A DNA stretch of 64,000 bases, from assembly GCA_963664525.1 (NCBI GenBank), contig OY761535.1, positions 975,314 through 1,039,313 of the forward strand, written 5' to 3'. This DNA is from Arenicellales bacterium. GTDB taxonomy: Bacteria > Pseudomonadota > Gammaproteobacteria > Arenicellales > JAJDZL01. Within the stretch, counting starts at the first letter, position 1; each line of letters starts with the position of its first letter. Position numbers and translations under genes: made by a program. Below the pieces are notes generated by a model. The model did no database searches. It was not told where the DNA came from and was given only the letters and a program-made list of their open reading frames with translations. Positions 59,271 to 64,000 of this stretch are shown here, piece by piece.

Positions 59271-59831
59271 ATGGCTAATTCAACTCCTAGACTCGAACTG
59301 TTTTACAAAGACGAATTATTTGATCGTCTCAAAAACGAGTTCGCTTACGAAAATGTGATGCAAGTGCCGCGTGTACAGAAAATTACTCTGAACATGGGGC
59401 TTGGCAGTGCCGCAGTGAAAAAAGATAAAAATATGATCACCAATGCCGCCAATGAAATGGAATTGATTGCCGGTCAAAAACCGGTGGTTACCAAGGCTCG
59501 AAGAGCAATTGCCGCTTTCAAAATCCGGGAAGGTTTCGAAGTCGGCTGCATGGTGACATTGCGAAGGAATCGAATGTACGAATTTCTGGACAGACTGATT
59601 TCAATTGCGATTCCACGAATCCGAGACTTTCGTGGACTGTCTGCCAAATCATTTGATGGTCGAGGCAATTATTCTTTTGGCATTAAAGAACAAATCGTTT
59701 TCCCGGAGATCAACTATGACAACGTCGATGCAATTCGTGGGATGCACGTTACGATTACAACTTCGGCTCAGACCGACGAAGAAGCCGCCGCATTATTGCG
59801 CGGATTCAGTTTTCCATTGAGGCAGAACTAG
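59271..59831 (+). CDS. rplE: 50S ribosomal protein L5
   Basis: [35 protein letters not shown]. Confidence 0.97.
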   Translation: MANSTPRLELFYKDELFDRLKNEFAYENVMQVPRVQKITLNMGLGSAAVKKDKNMITNAANEMELIAGQKPVVTKARRAIAAFKIREGFEVGCMVTLRRNRMYEFLDRLISIAIPRIRDFRGLSAKSFDGRGNYSFGIKEQIVFPEINYDNVDAIRGMHVTITTSAQTDEEAAALLRGFSFPLRQN

Positions 59832-59833
59832 AT

Positions 59834-60139
59834 ATGGCAAAAAAATCGATGCTCGCACGGGAAGTGAAGCGGCAAAAGCTAGCCAAGCGTTACGTTGAAA
59901 GACGCACGGAGTTAAAAAAACAGGTAGTCCAACCTGATCTGACGATGGAAGAACGCATGCAAGCGATGATGGCGCTACAAAAACTTCCCAGAGACAGCAA
60001 TCCGAATCGACAGCGCAATCGCTGTGGATTGACGGGGCGCCCGCGCGGGTACTATCGCCGTTTTGGCCTGGGGCGCAATAAATTGCGTGAAATTATTATG
60101 AAAGGTGAGGCCCCTGGTGCAACCAAAGCCAGTTGGTAA
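59834..60139 (+). CDS. rpsN: 30S ribosomal protein S14 (long, non-zinc type)
   Basis: MAKKSMLAREVKR...LPRDSNPNRQRNRCGLTGRPRGYYRRFGLGRNKLRE...KASW. Confidence 0.97.
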   Translation: MAKKSMLAREVKRQKLAKRYVERRTELKKQVVQPDLTMEERMQAMMALQKLPRDSNPNRQRNRCGLTGRPRGYYRRFGLGRNKLREIIMKGEAPGATKASW

Positions 60140-60178
60140 TCCACCAAGGATGATCAGAATTAGTGGAGAGTTTGATTT

Positions 60179-60574
60179 ATGGCAATGACTGATCCAATTG
60201 CAGACATGCTAACGCGAATTCGCAATGCGTCAAGTGCTGCGCATGCCAGTGTGTCCATGCCAGATTCCAAAATCAAACGCGAGTTGGCGGAGGTTTTGAA
60301 AAATGAAGGCTACATTAAGGGCTTTTCGACAGATTCTGAATCGAATAAGCCTCAATTGCATATCGATCTGAAGTATTACCAGGGTCGCCCGGTGATCGAC
60401 ACGCTCAACCGTGTGAGCAAGCCAGGCAGACGGGTATATCGAAGCATTGATGAGATGCCAATGGTTAATGGTGGCTTGGGAGTCACAATCGTGACGACTT
60501 CGAAAGGGATTATGACATCCCGTTCGGCGAAGAAAAACAAAGTCGGCGGCGAAGTCATCTGCACCGTCAGCTAA
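60179..60574 (+). CDS. rpsH: 30S ribosomal protein S8
   Basis: MAMTDPIADMLTRIRNA...GGEVICTVS. Confidence 0.97.
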   Translation: MAMTDPIADMLTRIRNASSAAHASVSMPDSKIKRELAEVLKNEGYIKGFSTDSESNKPQLHIDLKYYQGRPVIDTLNRVSKPGRRVYRSIDEMPMVNGGLGVTIVTTSKGIMTSRSAKKNKVGGEVICTVS

Positions 60575-60589
60575 AGCAGGAAGATTAGA

Positions 60590-61138
60590 ATGTCAAGAGT
60601 TGCGAAAGAACCGGTAAACGTTCCTGGCGGTGTCAGCATTGACCTGTCTGCGAGGGAAATTCTCGTGAAAGGTCCCAGGGGTGAGTTGAATATGGTCATT
60701 CATCCGTTGGTGAAAGTTGCTGTCAATGACAATGTCGTAACGGTCGCTGCCCGCAACACCAGTCAGAATTCCAGGGCCATGTCTGGAACAATGCGTTCTT
60801 TGATCAACAACATGGTCGTCGGAGTCAGCAGTGGTTTTCGCAAGGAACTCACACTGGTCGGCACCGGTTATCGGGCCCAGGTTGATCAGTCCAAAATCAC
60901 CTTGTCGCTTGGCTATTCGCATCCAATTGAATATGAAGCGCCAAGTGGTGTAACTTTTGAAATTAAATCAGAATCCAGTTCACAGGTTGAATTGGTGGTC
61001 CAGGGATTTGACAAACAGGTTGTTGGCCAGGTTGCAGCGAATCTTCGCAAGATGCGCCCACCTGAACCATACAAGGGCAAGGGAATCCGCTATTCCGATG
61101 AATGGATTCGCAGGAAACAGGCAAAGAGTGTTGGTTAA
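60590..61138 (+). CDS. rplF: 50S ribosomal protein L6
   Basis: MSRVAKEPVNVPGGVSIDL...GYSHPIEYEAP...PEPYKGKGIRY. Confidence 0.97.
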   Translation: MSRVAKEPVNVPGGVSIDLSAREILVKGPRGELNMVIHPLVKVAVNDNVVTVAARNTSQNSRAMSGTMRSLINNMVVGVSSGFRKELTLVGTGYRAQVDQSKITLSLGYSHPIEYEAPSGVTFEIKSESSSQVELVVQGFDKQVVGQVAANLRKMRPPEPYKGKGIRYSDEWIRRKQAKSVG

Positions 61139-61498
61139 ATGGCAACAGATAAGAAAACGAGACGATTAAACCGGGCGGGCAAAACAAGAGCACGCCTGCG
61201 CCTGCATCGCAAGAACAGGTTGTGCGTGCACCGCTCTACACAGCATATTTATGCGCAGATTATTTCACACGATGGAAGCCAAACATTGGCAAGTGCCTCT
61301 TCTATTGAGCCGGAACTTCGAAAACAGTTGAAATACGGTGGGAATATTGAAGCGGCCAAACTGATCGGAACCACGATCGCACAACGAGCAATCGCAGCCA
61401 AAATTGACAATATTGGTTTTGACCGATCAGGGCACCGTTATCATGGCCGCATCAAACAACTGGCCGAGTCGGCCCGCGAAGCTGGACTAGTAATCTAG
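61139..61498 (+). CDS. rplR: 50S ribosomal protein L18
   Basis: RLCVHRSTQHIYAQIISHDGS...FDRSGHRYHGRIKQLAESAREAGL. Confidence 0.97.
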   Translation: MATDKKTRRLNRAGKTRARLRLHRKNRLCVHRSTQHIYAQIISHDGSQTLASASSIEPELRKQLKYGGNIEAAKLIGTTIAQRAIAAKIDNIGFDRSGHRYHGRIKQLAESAREAGLVI

Positions 61499-61516
61499 CA
61501 GGCAATACAGGAATTA

Positions 61517-62032
61517 ATGCATATGGCAATTTCAGAACAGCAAGGCAATCAAGGCGCCGAAGAAAACCGGGAACAACTGATCAAAGTTCGCCGGGTTTCC
61601 AAGGTGGTTAAAGGCGGTCGAATTTTTGGTTTTTCAGCATTGACTGTTGTCGGCGACGGTAAAGGACGTGTCGGCATTGGTGTCGGAAAGGCGCGTGAAG
61701 TGCCGCTGGCTGCCCAAAAGTCATTTGATCAGGCCAGACGAAACATGGTGAAAGTTCATCTTAAAGACGGCACCTTGCAATATCCGGTTATCGGTCGACA
61801 CGGTGCAGCGAGGGTCGTAATGCGCCCGGCAACACCAGGTACTGGCATTATTGCTGGAGACACAATGCGATTGATTTTTGAAGCGGCCGGAATTGAGGAT
61901 GTCCTCTCTAAAGTTGTCGGTACAACGAATGCAATTAATGTTGCGCGGGCGACGGTTAGCGGACTTCAATCAATTCGCAGTCCGAAACAGATTGCCGACA
62001 AGCGCTCGAAACGTGTTTACGAAATATTTTGA
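61517..62032 (+). CDS. rpsE: 30S ribosomal protein S5
   Basis: [43 protein letters not shown]. Confidence 0.97.
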   Translation: MHMAISEQQGNQGAEENREQLIKVRRVSKVVKGGRIFGFSALTVVGDGKGRVGIGVGKAREVPLAAQKSFDQARRNMVKVHLKDGTLQYPVIGRHGAARVVMRPATPGTGIIAGDTMRLIFEAAGIEDVLSKVVGTTNAINVARATVSGLQSIRSPKQIADKRSKRVYEIF

Positions 62033-62056
62033 GCAGTTAACTTGGTAGATTGAATA

Positions 62057-62254
62057 ATGAACAGCAAATCATCTGGAAAATTACGGGTCCGATTGGTACG
62101 CAGTACCATTGGACGACTGAAAAGTCACAAGGCTTGTGTTCGCGGGCTTGGACTTCGACGAATACACCAGACGCGGGAACTTGAAGATACTCCCCAGGTA
62201 CGAGGCATGATACGTAAAGTTTCATACATGGTTGAATGCGAGGAGATTAGCTGA
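62057..62254 (+). CDS. rpmD: 50S ribosomal protein L30
   Basis: [51 protein letters not shown]. Confidence 0.95.
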   Translation: MNSKSSGKLRVRLVRSTIGRLKSHKACVRGLGLRRIHQTRELEDTPQVRGMIRKVSYMVECEEIS

Positions 62255-62721
62255 TGGACGCTGCACAAATTTCGCAGAACCAGCAAAAATCGCGAATTAC
62301 ACTCCGTGCGACACCTGGAGCGCGCAAACAGCGCAAACGCGTGGGCAGAGGAGCGGGATCAACAGTGGGCAGTACCTGCGGACGCGGCGACAAGGGACAA
62401 AATTCCCGTTCCGGCGGTGGTGTGAGACCAGGTTTTGAAGGCGGTCAAATGCCTCTCAAGCGACGCCTGCCAAAACGTGGATTTAGTTCCATGAGCACAA
62501 ACGCGAGTGCAGAAGTTCGCCTGTGGGAACTCAACCAGTTTGAAGATCAAATTGTTGACCTCGCGTTATTGAAAGAAAAAGGCATCGTTCCGTCTGCCGC
62601 GGCGCGGGCGAAAGTTATTCTTGCTGGAAAACTTGAAAAACCTGTCAGTCTAAAAGGAATTCGAGTGTCTTCAGGGGCGAGGGCCGCCATTGAAGCAGCA
62701 AACGGACAGATCGAAGAGTAA
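62254..62721 (+). CDS. rplO: 50S ribosomal protein L15
   Basis: GRGAGSTVGSTCGRGDKGQNSRSGGGVRPGFEGGQMPLKRRLPKRGF. The ATG overlaps the rpmD stop. The N-terminus is roughly a dozen residues longer than E. coli L15. Confidence 0.95.
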   Translation: MDAAQISQNQQKSRITLRATPGARKQRKRVGRGAGSTVGSTCGRGDKGQNSRSGGGVRPGFEGGQMPLKRRLPKRGFSSMSTNASAEVRLWELNQFEDQIVDLALLKEKGIVPSAAARAKVILAGKLEKPVSLKGIRVSSGARAAIEAANGQIEE

Positions 62722-62728
62722 TTAAAGC

Positions 62729-64000
62729 ATGGCTGCACCAACCGCATCAAGACGCTTACCAGGGCTTGGTACACTGAGCGAGCTAAAGACGAGAATCTTG
62801 TTCGTATTAGGTGCGATGGTCGTGTTCAGACTGGGAACGCATGTGCCTGTTCCAGGCGTGGATCCAGTCGCGGTGGCAGCGTTGTTCGAGCAAACTCGAG
62901 GCTCTATCGTTGACATTTTTAATGTGTTTTCAGGCGGTGCGCTGTCCAGATTATCGGTTTTCGCACTGGGCGTCATGCCTTATATTTCAGCCTCAATCAT
63001 TATGCAGATGATGAGTGCCGTCATTCCGCAGTTGGAGCAACTCAAGAAAGAAGGAGAAGCAGGAAGACGCAAGATTACTGAATACACGCGCTACGGTACC
63101 GTGCTGCTTGCAACATTTCAAGGACTGGGGATCGCCATCGCCATTGAAGGTCAGGTTGCCGGTGGCAGTGCAGTGGTATTGACACCTGGACTTGGTTTTA
63201 AGCTTTCTACTGTGGCTGCACTGGTGACGGGTACGATGTTTTTGGTGTGGCTCGGAGAACAGACCACAGAGCGTGGAATCGGAAACGGCATTTCACTTTT
63301 GATCTTCGCAAGCATCGTTGCAGGATTACCGTCTGCAGTTGCAGGCACCTTGGAACTGGCCCGAACGGGCGCTTTTACCCCAATCGGTGTGTTGGTGTTG
63401 TTTGTTGGAGCAATATTTGTGACCGGTTGTGTAGTATTTTTTGAAAGAGGGCAACGAAGGATTACCGTGAACTATGCCCAGCGCCAGCAAGGACGCAAGA
63501 TGCTTGCCGGCCAAACGAGTCACCTGCCACTGAAAATCAATATGGCAGGCGTGATTCCACCGATTTTCGCATCCAGTATTATTCTCTTTCCAGTCAGTCT
63601 TGGCAGTTGGTTTGGACAGACTGAAGGCATGGGATGGTTGGCAGATATTTCAACAGCTATCGGTCCCGGTCAGCCGATTTATATGCTGCTTTATTCCGGG
63701 ATGATTGTATTTTTCTGTTTTTTCTATACTGCACTGGTATTTAGTCCCAAGGATATGGCAGATAACCTGAAAAAATCCGGTGCGTTTATTCCAGGCGTTC
63801 GCCCTGGATCACAAACGTTGAAATACATTGATACGATCGTATCTAGATTGACTCTGGCAGGCGCAATTTATCTTGTGATCGTCTGCCTGATACCTGAATT
63901 TCTGGTTGTACAGTGGAGTGTGCCATTTTACTTTGGAGGCACTTCATTGTTGATTATTGTAGTTGTGATGTTGGACTTGATTTCCCAGGTTCAATCACAC
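62729..64000 (+). CDS. secY: preprotein translocase subunit SecY (3' end beyond the window)
   Basis: Absent from the ORF track because no stop is reached. ATG 62729 opens a frame that stays open for 424 codons to the window end. [45 protein letters not shown]... and position after rplO. Confidence 0.93.
   Translation, partial: MAAPTASRRLPGLGTLSELKTRILFVLGAMVVFRLGTHVPVPGVDPVAVAALFEQTRGSIVDIFNVFSGGALSRLSVFALGVMPYISASIIMQMMSAVIPQLEQLKKEGEAGRRKITEYTRYGTVLLATFQGLGIAIAIEGQVAGGSAVVLTPGLGFKLSTVAALVTGTMFLVWLGEQTTERGIGNGISLLIFASIVAGLPSAVAGTLELARTGAFTPIGVLVLFVGAIFVTGCVVFFERGQRRITVNYAQRQQGRKMLAGQTSHLPLKINMAGVIPPIFASSIILFPVSLGSWFGQTEGMGWLADISTAIGPGQPIYMLLYSGMIVFFCFFYTALVFSPKDMADNLKKSGAFIPGVRPGSQTLKYIDTIVSRLTLAGAIYLVIVCLIPEFLVVQWSVPFYFGGTSLLIIVVVMLDLISQVQSH

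Noticed and set aside
62254-62295. N-terminal extension of roughly a dozen residues on L15 ([14 protein letters not shown]...), considered as a possibly mis-called start
   Set aside because: No alternative ATG, GTG or TTG start exists downstream before the conserved region, and the ATG overlaps the rpmD stop as expected. It is probably a genuine but unremarkable lineage-specific extension.

Overview
This 64-kb chromosomal segment comes from a moderately AT-rich genome with gammaproteobacterium-like gene order. The right part (about 36.4-64 kb) is the conserved translation/transcription array. It runs tRNA-Tyr/Gly/Thr, tuf, tRNA-Trp, secE, nusG, rplKAJL, rpoBC, rpsL-rpsG-fusA, then the S10 and spc ribosomal-protein operons, and ends in a secY truncated by the window edge. 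The left part holds housekeeping and metabolic genes: allA (partial), an EF-G paralogue, an SDR, DAHP synthase, sat, an FKBP isomerase, ghrA, gshA, a GldF/GldG-like ABC cluster, ilvD, ispG, birA, and a PotD/YdcSTUV-like ABC operon. Four small accessory inserts interrupt it. (1) At 3.27-9.42 kb, an AT-rich two-gene cassette: a DUF4143-type AAA ATPase overlapping the start of a 1406-aa protein. That protein has an N-terminal STAND/NACHT-like P-loop and a C-terminal PD-(D/E)xK nuclease-like motif. A perfect 17-bp inverted repeat precedes the cassette. This is my best candidate for an undescribed, probably defence-type, system. (2) At 12.78-14.85 kb, an HTH-ImmA/IrrE metallopeptidase plus DUF4411 (PIN-like) pair. 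(3) At 15.2-18.4 kb, an enolase-superfamily pseudogene with three in-frame stops, split by a GC-rich 2019-bp IS1634-like element with a 6-bp target duplication. (4) At 30.8-32.1 kb, a decayed mobile remnant next to tRNA-Thr(UGU): a transposase fragment, an orphan Phd/YefM antitoxin and a 17-codon vapC stub. No CRISPR array and no rRNA gene were seen. All calls rest on reading motifs in the supplied translations and sequence; no database search was run.
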